Below are positions 46,676 to 55,871 of a stretch of 64,000 nucleotides of DNA, one piece after another. Position 1 is the first letter of the stretch. Every line of letters starts with the position of its first letter. The notes under the pieces are model-generated. The model was not told the origin of the DNA. It saw only the letters and a list, made by a program, of their open reading frames with translations, and did not search any database. The stretch spans positions 1 through 64,000 of IMG/VR virus record IMGVR_UViG_3300032265_001314; one strand, 5' to 3'. The translations under genes and the position numbers were made by a program. Source of the stretch: a virus.

Positions 46676-46890
46676 TTGATGCCTATGTTTTCTAGCATGG
46701 TTTTAGCTAACGCACAACCACTGTTTTTTACATCTTTTTCTTTAAGATCCTGATGATCCATCACAGTTTTAGTGGTCAAATCTGTTAGCAATCGAACGAG
46801 AGCATCATCATTCCAATCTTCTACCCAATTGCGCTTTGTCCAACTGTAAGTGTACTTGTAGCTGTAGTTCCAAGGTTGTTCGTTATCCAT
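46660..46890 (-). CDS. Hypothetical protein
   Basis: AAGGAG SD before MDNEQPW; promoter upstream. Confidence 0.55.
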   Translation of the reverse strand: MDNEQPWNYSYKYTYSWTKRNWVEDWNDDALVRLLTDLTTKTVMDHQDLKEKDVKNSGCALAKTMLENIGIKCPNL

Positions 46891-46915
46891 GATTGCTCTC
46901 CTTACTTTATAATAT

Positions 46916-46943
46916 ATTATAACATAAAACAGAGGATTGTCAA
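46916..46943 (-). promoter_or_regulatory. Sigma70-type early promoter
   Basis: TTGACA-ATCCTCTGTTTTATGT-TATAAT; similar elements near 50380-50409, 51498-51526, 52002-52029, 52559-52586. Confidence 0.7.
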
Positions 46944-47164
46944 GCGATAATGCCACTCCATCTAAGCAAGAACAATAATTTTATATTTTCATTAGGGAAT
47001 TGGAAGAAGTATTCTTGTCCTCTGCGCAACACATTCCAATCTTTATAATATTTCAATCCTTGATCTTCCATCCAGGAATGTATATAGGGAATAGGATGCA
47101 GCTGTTCAAATCCGGTTTCATAGTAGAGCCACTTTTGATCTGCTTTTAGTTCTACCCAATCCAT
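46940..47164 (-). CDS. FLLRW-family small protein
   Basis: FQFPNENIKLLFLLRWS. Confidence 0.7.
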   Translation of the reverse strand: MDWVELKADQKWLYYETGFEQLHPIPYIHSWMEDQGLKYYKDWNVLRRGQEYFFQFPNENIKLLFLLRWSGIIA

Positions 47165-47451
47165 TGCAACAATACCTTTATAAATCCCACGCTATCCATG
47201 CTGGCTATCATTAAAAACGTAGCCAACATACCAAAACTATCTCTGCTATAAGCACACCAAGCATAGGCCAATGTACCACCGATCCAAAGCGGATAAAGAA
47301 GCAAGAAAGGTAAGTTAGGTACTGTGCTGTTAACTATAATTGCACAAACTAAACTATCTACCCAACAGAGCGTTTCCACTACGAATCTAACAGGATGGCT
47401 GCGCCAGTCCTGTTTAATCCATTCCCATATTTCTCTGATAGGTTCTATCAT
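47152..47451 (-). CDS. Small 3-TM membrane protein
   Basis: Start MIEPIRE via ATGA overlap with GAGGT SD; ends in TAG. Confidence 0.6.
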   Translation of the reverse strand: MIEPIREIWEWIKQDWRSHPVRFVVETLCWVDSLVCAIIVNSTVPNLPFLLLYPLWIGGTLAYAWCAYSRDSFGMLATFLMIASMDSVGFIKVLLQWIG

Positions 47452-47663
47452 TTGTACCTCAATAAAAACATGGTCTTGTATTTTTCTTCCCAAAAATCGA
47501 GATAGTAACCACTGCCCCATGTTGGGCTTTTAGATCGAACAACGAATCCAAGTTTAGTTCGTTGCACCCTAGGAATCATGATAGTGATTCCGTATTGTTC
47601 GATTAGTTTATGCCTTAAATCGTTCCATTGATCGTCATTTAATTCGATAGGTGGTAGACTCAT
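47448..47663 (-). CDS. FLLRW-family small protein
   Basis: LDFWEEKYKTMFLLRYK. Confidence 0.7.
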   Translation of the reverse strand: MSLPPIELNDDQWNDLRHKLIEQYGITIMIPRVQRTKLGFVVRSKSPTWGSGYYLDFWEEKYKTMFLLRYK

Positions 47664-47869
47664 AACCATTTCAGCGCAAATATAACAGCTGCCTTCTTAT
47701 CATAAATCCGTATCCAAACATCGTCATCTAGAGAATATAGATCCCATAGCTGTGGTTCGTCCGTTGGAGGGTTAGGTAGTTCCTTCTCTAGCCAATCGGC
47801 TGCTTCTCGGGCTTTGATTATTCCTTCCATCCCCTCACCCATCTTATAATCAACATAAGTTTCAGTCAC
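47660..47869 (-). CDS. FLLRW-family small protein
   Basis: IYDKKAAVIFALKWL. Confidence 0.7.
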   Translation of the reverse strand: MTETYVDYKMGEGMEGIIKAREAADWLEKELPNPPTDEPQLWDLYSLDDDVWIRIYDKKAAVIFALKWL

Positions 47870-48111
47870 GACCACCTCAGGAGGAATAGGCTCGCAGTCT
47901 TTTCATCAGGAAGCTCAACCCAAGTCTCGTGAACATTACAGTCGTGCTGCCAGCACCATTCAACAAAATCGTCGTCGTCTTCTAGCTTGCGATTGACTAG
48001 GTGATCAGATGTAGTACGCTCCCAGAAGAACGTGCGGATGGCTGGACTGTATTCCCATTTGCGTTTCATCAAATGTTTCCTCTTGACCCATTTCTCGTAT
48101 ATTAATTTCAC
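47866..48111 (-). CDS. FLLRW-family small protein
   Basis: PDEKTASLFLLRWS. Confidence 0.7.
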   Translation of the reverse strand: MKLIYEKWVKRKHLMKRKWEYSPAIRTFFWERTTSDHLVNRKLEDDDDFVEWCWQHDCNVHETWVELPDEKTASLFLLRWS

Positions 48112-48353
48112 GACCACCTCAGCAGAAATAGAGACATCTCTTTTTCATTCTTAAAACGGAACTCACTAAAACTCATGCGCTTACCACAGCTATTAGCTTT
48201 ACACCATTCCTGTACAGTTTTCATCTGTAGTTCAGTCGGAGTATGGAATATGTTTTCATTATATTCAGTATCTTTGGCTTTTAGCCAATAGCGGTCGCCT
48301 ACACGTTCCCACAATACCTTCTTGGTAGGCATGGGCTGTACATAGTTAATCAT
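48108..48353 (-). CDS. FLLRW-family small protein
   Basis: FKNEKEMSLFLLRWS. Confidence 0.7.
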   Translation of the reverse strand: MINYVQPMPTKKVLWERVGDRYWLKAKDTEYNENIFHTPTELQMKTVQEWCKANSCGKRMSFSEFRFKNEKEMSLFLLRWS

Positions 48354-49120
48354 TATGCATCATCCTTGTGTCTACGGAAGGTCCATTTGTCAAACCCGTG
48401 TTTGGCTATCTTAACAACATCGTTGGTGATCTCTACCATTGGATTAGGATTGCAGGGAATCACACCTCCAACAAACATACTGATCTCTTGGAACAGAGTG
48501 TAGGGATCGATCGCTTTAGGGAAGCCGTAATCCTTGAGAGACTTGCCGTTTTCTGCAGAGTTGCATTGCCACATTATAGGATTTCTCCTATAGTAGCCTC
48601 GATCTCTGCGCTCGCACCAAACTGCTGTAACTACCCTGTTATCAATCAACCATTCTAGCTGTTGTGCTGTAGCTGCTATAGGGATAAAGAAGGTTTTAAG
48701 ATCGGGAAATATATCTTTCTCCGTCTCTAACTTCTCCCACTTGTATCTTTTAGAAGAAGGCTTAGCTACTTCTCTATCAAACCCTGCTAGCCAGGCAACA
48801 AAGTCATCATAGCGCCAGAATACGTTAAGTATCTCACTACCAAACTCTTTTACTACACGTATTCCGCCATAGTGTTTTCCTGCTACATAGATGCTGATAG
48901 GCAACAGCACCAAAACAGTCATACCTAATGCAGGATCTTTATACTTAAGAGTGTTGTTGTCACTCCAAGATTTGCCTTTAATGATGCTATGGGGATAGCC
49001 CGCATAAAGCGGACAATCTCTGTCAGAGATCTCTTTGTGCTCACGCACAAAGACAACTTCGCTATCTTGCCCATATGCTAGGGCAGAATCATAATAATCG
49101 TGCCCACCTATGATACGCAT
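48353..49120 (-). CDS. Conserved phage hypothetical protein
   Basis: MRIIGGHDYYD...FQEISMF...KHGFDKWTFR. Confidence 0.7.
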   Translation of the reverse strand: MRIIGGHDYYDSALAYGQDSEVVFVREHKEISDRDCPLYAGYPHSIIKGKSWSDNNTLKYKDPALGMTVLVLLPISIYVAGKHYGGIRVVKEFGSEILNVFWRYDDFVAWLAGFDREVAKPSSKRYKWEKLETEKDIFPDLKTFFIPIAATAQQLEWLIDNRVVTAVWCERRDRGYYRRNPIMWQCNSAENGKSLKDYGFPKAIDPYTLFQEISMFVGGVIPCNPNPMVEITNDVVKIAKHGFDKWTFRRHKDDA

Positions 49121-50361
49121 TAGCTATCTCCATCAAACTGATAATTCCAATGTGCTCCTTCCCAAAGGCCGCGCACACTATCTATCCTAGTCTGTGTTCC
49201 GCAGTTCTTCTTGATAGCATCGATGATCATATTGCGGGTATTCTTACCATCAAACTTACCAAAGATAAACTGCGGAGCGAAAGGATCCTGGTCCTTGATA
49301 GTAGGCATCCACTGTAGGGCATAGGTCTTGCGATCCAATCCGGCATTCTGTACCATCAACCAATACTTATCGTACTTGTCAACACTGCTAGCGATACCTC
49401 CCCAGAACTCAGATTCAAAAGCTTCTAGACGCTTGCGATCGTCATCTAGCATAAAGCTCTTGATATCATCGATACCTGCAGAAGTTATCATTTCAACCAC
49501 ATTCTTCTCTTGGCTCAGATGATCCTTAGTCTTATGGATGCGAAGGTACCATTCGCCTTTGACCTTGAGCATATGCCCATCGTCAAAGCGCACGATCCAT
49601 CCTTCGATTCCTTGTGAGGAACGAGTTTCATCCATTAGTAAAGCCAAGTCCTCCGAATCACCATCGTATGCCTTGACTACGTCGATGCCAAACTGATCTC
49701 CCAAAGCACACATTTCACCGTAGCTCTTATATTCTCCAGTGACAGTGTGACGCAGAGCGATGAGAACCAGACGATCCTCAGGATAATCAATCACGATACG
49801 CTGCTTGCGGCTGCACCATTCAAATACAGGAGTTATACCTAGTGTCATGACAAACATAGCAAATCGAGCATAATCGGGATTGCGAGCCACAAATTCCTCT
49901 GCACCCATACCTACATCAGTAAGACCCATCTTGGTGCCCCAACGCACATATCCACCCGATATGATACCATCAGGTCCTGTGGTAGTACCTACAATCACAG
50001 GAGTGATCATAGATCCATCAAGCTTCTCAAGCACGACGTGAGGTTGTGAAAAATCGATCTTGCTGAACTGCGTCTCATCACGCTCGTTCACATTGAAAAA
50101 CTTGTGCAGGCGGCGGCTCATTATAGTGCCATCCTTGTTAAACAATAGACCACGACACTCACGACGGATGGCGTTACGCTCTGCGATCAGATCGTGCTCA
50201 AGTTCGGGAGATTCATCTACAGGCGGAAAGGTATCAGCCATTGCGACCATGTAGTTAACCACATAGCCCCATTCACGCTCTGCGATGATGAACTCATCAC
50301 ACCCCTCGATAGCAGGACGCACATCATCTAGATGCTGTATAGACGGAAACTGATAACGCAT
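49120..50361 (-). CDS. rnlA: T4 Rnl1-like RNA ligase
   Basis: RECRGLLF, HKFFNVNE, EKLDGSMI (motif I), FEW, EGWIV, KVKGEWY. Confidence 0.9.
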   Translation of the reverse strand: MRYQFPSIQHLDDVRPAIEGCDEFIIAEREWGYVVNYMVAMADTFPPVDESPELEHDLIAERNAIRRECRGLLFNKDGTIMSRRLHKFFNVNERDETQFSKIDFSQPHVVLEKLDGSMITPVIVGTTTGPDGIISGGYVRWGTKMGLTDVGMGAEEFVARNPDYARFAMFVMTLGITPVFEWCSRKQRIVIDYPEDRLVLIALRHTVTGEYKSYGEMCALGDQFGIDVVKAYDGDSEDLALLMDETRSSQGIEGWIVRFDDGHMLKVKGEWYLRIHKTKDHLSQEKNVVEMITSAGIDDIKSFMLDDDRKRLEAFESEFWGGIASSVDKYDKYWLMVQNAGLDRKTYALQWMPTIKDQDPFAPQFIFGKFDGKNTRNMIIDAIKKNCGTQTRIDSVRGLWEGAHWNYQFDGDS

Positions 50362-50414
50362 TTTGCTCTCCTATTTTTATTATTATAGCAGATTTTGTGC
50401 GCAAGTCAAGCTGA

Positions 50415-51464
50415 TCAAAACGCATTAAAATAATTAAACTCTGGAACCCTTTCGCGGGTTAGCTTGATAAATCCGTTTTCAAAACTAAACATAAACACTC
50501 CGCTATTGCTGTCAATGTTCTTGAGATCATTCGGACTAACACGGATAGTCTGCCAGTTTTCGTCGCCGGCTTCGTCAGTTCCATCTACGTAGTCAAACAT
50601 TAAATTGCCTGTCAGCGGATTTCCGTGCCAATTCTCTTCAACCTTAACAGGAAGATTATCCTTGATCATTTCCACCTTGTAGTTGATCTTGTTACTGTGC
50701 TCTGGCTTAGCATTAAGCATACGCATAGATTCTTGAGGAGTTTCGTTGTAGCGGTTCATTTCTTCAACTAGAGCCTTGAGCATATCAAAATTGAAAGCAT
50801 CGTATAGTGTAGAGATCTTGCAGATACTATCAATATGTGTCTTGTTATTGAGATTATCTTCACAATACTCACGGATAAACTCAACAGCTAGTCCTTTAAA
50901 GTCTAGCATATAGAAGATGCGTCCTGGACGATTGCGCATATGGCTGTCAATGCGCCACTTGTCGTTACAAGTAAGCACGAACAGCTTCTTGCTAGGAAAC
51001 ACACCATCCAACAGCGTTAGGATGCTTTCCTGTTCGCTGGAATCGTATACCTTCTCAAACTCATCAAACAGCACGATGCAGGGCTGCTCGATGCTCTGGA
51101 TCAGCTTGTTAAAGGCATCGCCCTTCCATGCTGAGTTAATGAGGATCGTTGGATAGCCCTTTTCGGCTCCGCGCATACTAAGTGTCTTGGCCAGTAGCGT
51201 CTTGCCGCTGCCTTTCTCTCCGTTTAGCAACACACCTGTGCTAGCAGTGCGAGAATCAAAGGTATTCAAGATTCGATCTGCATTGCGTCCGGTATCTCCG
51301 TAGAGCTTGCCTTTGTATTCAAAATCACCAGTCTGTTCCAAGAATAGGTTGCCAAACATATCCTGCTTGATAATGTAATTGCCCGGAGGCAGCAGCTTGT
51401 GTAGGTCAAGGGCTGCTTCATCGGACACGCGGAATGTATTACCATTACGTAGGAAGTAAGTCAC
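50415..51464 (-). CDS. AAA-family ATPase
   Basis: GEKGSGKT, VLFDEFEK, LLDG, NRPGRIFY. Confidence 0.88.
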   Translation of the reverse strand: MTYFLRNGNTFRVSDEAALDLHKLLPPGNYIIKQDMFGNLFLEQTGDFEYKGKLYGDTGRNADRILNTFDSRTASTGVLLNGEKGSGKTLLAKTLSMRGAEKGYPTILINSAWKGDAFNKLIQSIEQPCIVLFDEFEKVYDSSEQESILTLLDGVFPSKKLFVLTCNDKWRIDSHMRNRPGRIFYMLDFKGLAVEFIREYCEDNLNNKTHIDSICKISTLYDAFNFDMLKALVEEMNRYNETPQESMRMLNAKPEHSNKINYKVEMIKDNLPVKVEENWHGNPLTGNLMFDYVDGTDEAGDENWQTIRVSPNDLKNIDSNSGVFMFSFENGFIKLTRERVPEFNYFNAF

Positions 51465-51522
51465 TGTATGATCCTTCTGTTTTTTCAGTGTTATGATAAT
51501 ATAGCAGAGTTGTTTTATTGTG

Positions 51523-51981
51523 TCAAGCGGTAATTATCTCGTCAAAGCCCTCATCGTATGAAGGCTCTTCCAAACTGCGGATCATGCCGTTGAGCACGTT
51601 CCACGGGATGCTCTTGCCTGGACGGCTATCTAAACGCCGCTGATGCTCATCCCACTCTGGAGTAGGAAAGAACACTGCAATCTTCTCGTAGTCCTTTGGA
51701 ACTGACTGTAGCTTGCCAGCACGACTCTTCTTAGAGATATTAGTCTGATCTAGTATCACATCCTGTCCTGCCGCAAAAGCGATTTTCATTTCTTGCTGCA
51801 CGGCTGCGGTAGCAATCTTAATCATATCAGCAAACTCAGCGTTATATGAGGTTCCGTTCTCTTCTGCTCGCTTTTCAATATGATAATCGCTGCTTACGAT
51901 TAGTTCACCATTTTGGTAATGCTTGAGCCAAGTGCTCTTACCTGCGCCCGGCACACCTATTAACATATAAAACTTAGGCAT
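51523..51981 (-). CDS. P-loop kinase (AAA_33, polynucleotide-kinase-like)
   Basis: GVPGAGKST, SSD, ILDQTN...R, EEPSYDEGF. Confidence 0.85.
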   Translation of the reverse strand: MPKFYMLIGVPGAGKSTWLKHYQNGELIVSSDYHIEKRAEENGTSYNAEFADMIKIATAAVQQEMKIAFAAGQDVILDQTNISKKSRAGKLQSVPKDYEKIAVFFPTPEWDEHQRRLDSRPGKSIPWNVLNGMIRSLEEPSYDEGFDEIITA

Positions 51982-52033
51982 TTTTAATCTCCTGTTATTC
52001 TATTATACATAATACAAGAGATTTGTCAAGTAA

Positions 52034-52345
52034 TTAAACCAATGCTTCAGGAAATTTCAATTTATAAAAAGTCAGATCTTTACCTTCTAATGTAGCTGTA
52101 ATCCGTATGCGTGTCTGCATTGTATGTGGTTCTCGGATGCAAAAGAACTCAGGTTGATCTAGTGCGTGTTCCATTATAAATTTACCTGCTTCGGTCTGCT
52201 GCCATTTATATATTGGTTCGGCAGCCGTAACATAAGGATCATCGCTATATTCATCCATACAAAAAGAAGATACAACGATAGTATATGTTTCGCATACTTT
52301 ATCATCTTTCATAAAATATCGTTTGCCTAATTTAGGGTAGTCCAT
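52034..52345 (-). CDS. Divergent FLLRW-family-like protein
   Basis: Ends KDLTFYKLKF; ATG supplied by the AGA TGG (RW) codons of the upstream gene. Confidence 0.55.
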   Translation of the reverse strand: MDYPKLGKRYFMKDDKVCETYTIVVSSFCMDEYSDDPYVTAAEPIYKWQQTEAGKFIMEHALDQPEFFCIREPHTMQTRIRITATLEGKDLTFYKLKFPEALV

Positions 52346-52551
52346 CTTAGCAAGATGAGCGATTGCCATTTCTTATCTCCGCCGCGAATCTCCCAGTAGG
52401 GATCGCCATTGTTAAACCTAAGGATATACATACAGTCAGGACAGTGCTTATCCATCCATTCTCTAAATGCTTTGTCTTCTTCTTGAGTTTTAGTACGACC
52501 TATCATATACCATCGGCCTTCGCCGGGATGCAATTGGTTCCTAAACTTCAT
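52327..52551 (-). CDS. FLLRW-family small protein
   Basis: FREWMDKHCP...SLILLRWT; ends in TAG. Confidence 0.65.
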   Translation of the reverse strand: MKFRNQLHPGEGRWYMIGRTKTQEEDKAFREWMDKHCPDCMYILRFNNGDPYWEIRGGDKKWQSLILLRWTTLN

Positions 52552-52582
52552 ACTCTTATTATAGAGATTAGCCTGTCAGATG

Positions 52583-54190
52583 TCAATCAGTAAATCCACC
52601 GTGATAAGGATTGTAAACATAATTGTTAGCCTGTGTCATTAATGCACGACTATTCAACCAATCGTTATCAGTTGTAGTAGTGTTGACTACACCCTTCTTG
52701 CTATTAGCAGTCACCCAAGTTAACATCTGTGCAGGAGTAGTTTCCGGATGGCGTGCTAGATGCAAAGCGCATATTCCAGTAACCTGTGGAGTAGCCATAC
52801 TGGTTCCGCTTATCTTGCAGGCTTTGAATGTGTTCTGTGCTTGTGTACCGAAATCATATGCGAATGGACTGAAAGTACTTAGAGCGCTAGTTGAGCTAGT
52901 TATATAGGTTCCTGGACTTATGATATCAACACCCGGTCCACGCTCGCTATAGGTAGCTAGCTGCTCTTTGAGCACGTTCTGTACAGTGATGGTAGCATAG
53001 TCGCCGGCTGCTACATCTATAGTTCCCCTTGGACTAGAACCCCGATGATAATATGTAGCGACTCCCGGAGGATTGACTCCATAGACGTTGCTCTTATAGA
53101 AATTACCGTAATCTGGGCCTGTAGATAAATCTACCTTATGGCTATAGTTTCCTGCTGCCGCGATATATATGATGCCTGCTGCCATGCCCTGTTGTATCTG
53201 TGTATCTATACTTGGTACACGGAATCCATGCTCTGGACCGACTTGTCCGTAAGCTGATTGATAGCTAACCTTAGTAGAATAGTTATGTGCTGAACCTCTA
53301 TAGGTAATGTTAGTGATTACCTTAGCATTTAGGTTTGCTGGATTGCCGCTATAATACCAAGCAAATCCCCAGCTCATATTAACGATAGTTGGACGCTTGC
53401 GTCCAGTAGCGGGATCGTTTGGTTTAGCCAGATGCCAGTAGCGTATGAGATCAAATGCTGTGCCTATACCGTTAGTAAAGCTCTTAGTACCATTGGCAGT
53501 ATTATCGAATATCCTCATACTGTAGATCTTAGCACCCTTGGCGTAACCATAAGTCTTACCTGCTGCTATGCCTGTTACGTGGGTACCGTGTTCACCTTCG
53601 CCTTGTATGCTGAGATCATAAAACCCCACAGGCATTGGAGTAGTTGGAGTAGGGCTAGTAGTATACCAATTGATCTGTTGCACCCTGCTATTGCCCTGGC
53701 TATCTAGGAATTCGGGATGGTTGGGTTGTATACCATCATCCATTATCACTATGTCAACACCGCTGCCGTCTTCGTCATAAGCATACGTAGCACCTGGACT
53801 AGCTTCAGGTGCTGCTAATCCCGTGCGCCTCAGGCCCCAATTGACATTATAAACATCTGGATTAGTTGATGTGCGAGTAAAGGTTCCGTGCGTGTTATTG
53901 TAAGCTGTAGGAGTTTCTGTAGCATTGAGCATTTTTCCGTAAGTAGTAAAATGCTTAGCCATCTCTCTGAGAGGATTGAGATGTACGTGCTGGACTCTTG
54001 GATCGTTTGCTAATGCTGCTGCTTCGTGATCTTCGAGATAGTAATGTGTCATTACTTCGTTTAGTTCTCGAGGATCAGCAACTTCGACTATCCTATTAGG
54101 AACATTAGGCTTGTTTGTTGCTGTTGTTAAATCAGCGTGTAGGCTATCAATACTAGCTTCATCTGGTGCTACTACTACGAACTCTCTCAT
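52583..54190 (-). CDS. Subtilisin-like S8 serine protease
   Basis: IVIMDDGI (Asp), HGTHVTG (His), AAAGN, SGTSMATPQVTG (Ser); TAAATA and SD upstream. Confidence 0.93.
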   Translation of the reverse strand: MREFVVVAPDEASIDSLHADLTTATNKPNVPNRIVEVADPRELNEVMTHYYLEDHEAAALANDPRVQHVHLNPLREMAKHFTTYGKMLNATETPTAYNNTHGTFTRTSTNPDVYNVNWGLRRTGLAAPEASPGATYAYDEDGSGVDIVIMDDGIQPNHPEFLDSQGNSRVQQINWYTTSPTPTTPMPVGFYDLSIQGEGEHGTHVTGIAAGKTYGYAKGAKIYSMRIFDNTANGTKSFTNGIGTAFDLIRYWHLAKPNDPATGRKRPTIVNMSWGFAWYYSGNPANLNAKVITNITYRGSAHNYSTKVSYQSAYGQVGPEHGFRVPSIDTQIQQGMAAGIIYIAAAGNYSHKVDLSTGPDYGNFYKSNVYGVNPPGVATYYHRGSSPRGTIDVAAGDYATITVQNVLKEQLATYSERGPGVDIISPGTYITSSTSALSTFSPFAYDFGTQAQNTFKACKISGTSMATPQVTGICALHLARHPETTPAQMLTWVTANSKKGVVNTTTTDNDWLNSRALMTQANNYVYNPYHGGFTD

Positions 54191-54214
54191 GGTTTAAATC
54201 TCCTGCTGGAGTAT

Positions 54215-54532
54215 TTATGCCCACTTCAGCTGAAACCACGCTAGCTCTACATCGCTTTTTAGATAGATACGCATCTGATGATTGTCTGTATCCCAAGCCC
54301 ACTTATCATTTATACAGGAATTAGTATCAAAATACATTCCTAACTCAACTGTAGGTCCATATGTCTCCCAACACCATTGCCTAACCTTGCTAAAAGCTTC
54401 TGCTTTTTCTTGCCAAGTAGGTTTAGGGATAGATATTCCATATTTAAGGACATATTTCTCAGGTTCCACGATGTAATTAAACCAAGTATATCCATTATAT
54501 CGCCTATCCAATTTCTTTGCTTTGAACTTCAT
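54215..54532 (-). CDS. FLLRW-family protein
   Basis: VRQWCWETYGP...IYLKSDVELAWFQLKWA. Confidence 0.65.
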   Translation of the reverse strand: MKFKAKKLDRRYNGYTWFNYIVEPEKYVLKYGISIPKPTWQEKAEAFSKVRQWCWETYGPTVELGMYFDTNSCINDKWAWDTDNHQMRIYLKSDVELAWFQLKWA

Positions 54533-55029
54533 CTAGGTACTAGTTCCTCTATAGCCTTTGGTGTATAGTCTTGCACTTCAACAGAGCAGTTGATATAACG
54601 CTCTCCTGGACTAGGGTTCTGATGGATATGCCCGTGTAGGTTGTACTGTACCTTGAACATCCCACTCTCGTGGATAGGAACGTGTGTTAGAACACAATTA
54701 AACTCCGGAAACATACGCCACATCAAGACCTTCTGGAAGTTGACCTGTATGTAAGATGCTTTACCATTGTCGTGATTGCCTAAGATCAAACGCTTGCGCC
54801 CCTTGAGTCTGGGCAAGACCTTATGCCCGTGCTCAAAGTAAACGTCACCGAGGTGATAGACGATATCGCTATCACCTACTACACTGTTCCAACGTTCTAC
54901 CATATGCTCATCCATCTCTTCAACAGATGCGAACTGTGGCCGGATAAGCTCGCCACTAGTACTGTCAGTGAACTTTAGTATGTTACTATGACCAAAGTGT
55001 GTATCGCTCACTATGAATATATTACTCAT
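54529..55029 (-). CDS. Calcineurin-like phosphoesterase
   Basis: SDTHFGH, HLGDV, GNHD, THVP, HGHIH. Confidence 0.9.
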   Translation of the reverse strand: MSNIFIVSDTHFGHSNILKFTDSTSGELIRPQFASVEEMDEHMVERWNSVVGDSDIVYHLGDVYFEHGHKVLPRLKGRKRLILGNHDNGKASYIQVNFQKVLMWRMFPEFNCVLTHVPIHESGMFKVQYNLHGHIHQNPSPGERYINCSVEVQDYTPKAIEELVPR

Positions 55030-55258
55030 CTTCGTCCTCTATAGTTAGAGTGGCATTCCTTAAACGATAACCACGATCTATCCAGCGATTAACTTTTAAG
55101 CTATCCCATTCTGTAGTTTGCATATGTCGTAACCATGCCTCGGTGGGAGTTTGACTAAAGGATCTGTATGACATAGCCGGGATAACTAGTTCCTTTTTGT
55201 CCCAAGGAGAGGCCGGAGGTACCACGACATACCCGTTGATAGAATATGTTGTCACCAC
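55022..55258 (-). CDS. Hypothetical protein
   Basis: Operon packing. Confidence 0.5.
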   Translation of the reverse strand: MVTTYSINGYVVVPPASPWDKKELVIPAMSYRSFSQTPTEAWLRHMQTTEWDSLKVNRWIDRGYRLRNATLTIEDEDE

Positions 55259-55542
55259 TCTGGTCCAGTTGTTTTATCTGTGCGTTGATAGATGTAACTG
55301 AAGTCTACGCCATAAGCAGGCACTACCATCAAACGCTCTGGCATACCGTTAGCATCAGTCTCACCTAGTCCACTGTGGATGAAATATGTGCCTGGAAACT
55401 TCTCAGCATCCAACCGACGCAGCATCATCGTCTGTAGATCACACTTCTTCTGGAGTCGTTCGATCTCTTCGATAGCTTTGCCGATGGCCGGATCCATTAA
55501 GAATGAATAAGCATCTTTTAGGTAGGTTAGTGTGTCTGTCAT
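55252..55542 (-). CDS. Hypothetical protein
   Basis: ATGA overlap start MTDTL. Confidence 0.55.
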   Translation of the reverse strand: MTDTLTYLKDAYSFLMDPAIGKAIEEIERLQKKCDLQTMMLRRLDAEKFPGTYFIHSGLGETDANGMPERLMVVPAYGVDFSYIYQRTDKTTGPEW

Positions 55543-55871
55543 CGATTCATAGTTCCTAGTTTGCAAGACAAATTACCTTCCGAGTGTCGGCCATTATCAA
55601 AGTCAGTGACATAATAACCACGACCATTATTGAGATTAACAACCATTGTTAGGTTACCGTGTGATCCAATGTGTGTAATGATTCCTAAGTCATTTTCTTT
55701 CTTAGAAAACATAGCTTCGGGTGTGCTGTTATCATAAGAAATAAAACCATTGCCGTCGTGCAAGATATATTCGATACGATCACCGTATTGGCTAGTGCAT
55801 TTGCCAGTAGCCCACACTTCTGCGGCTGCTGGTGTTGATATCAATGATACCAATATCAATAGTTTCTTCAT
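55539..55871 (-). CDS. Secreted hypothetical protein
   Basis: Signal peptide MKKLLILVSLISTPAAA; two Cys. Confidence 0.6.
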   Translation of the reverse strand: MKKLLILVSLISTPAAAEVWATGKCTSQYGDRIEYILHDGNGFISYDNSTPEAMFSKKENDLGIITHIGSHGNLTMVVNLNNGRGYYVTDFDNGRHSEGNLSCKLGTMNR

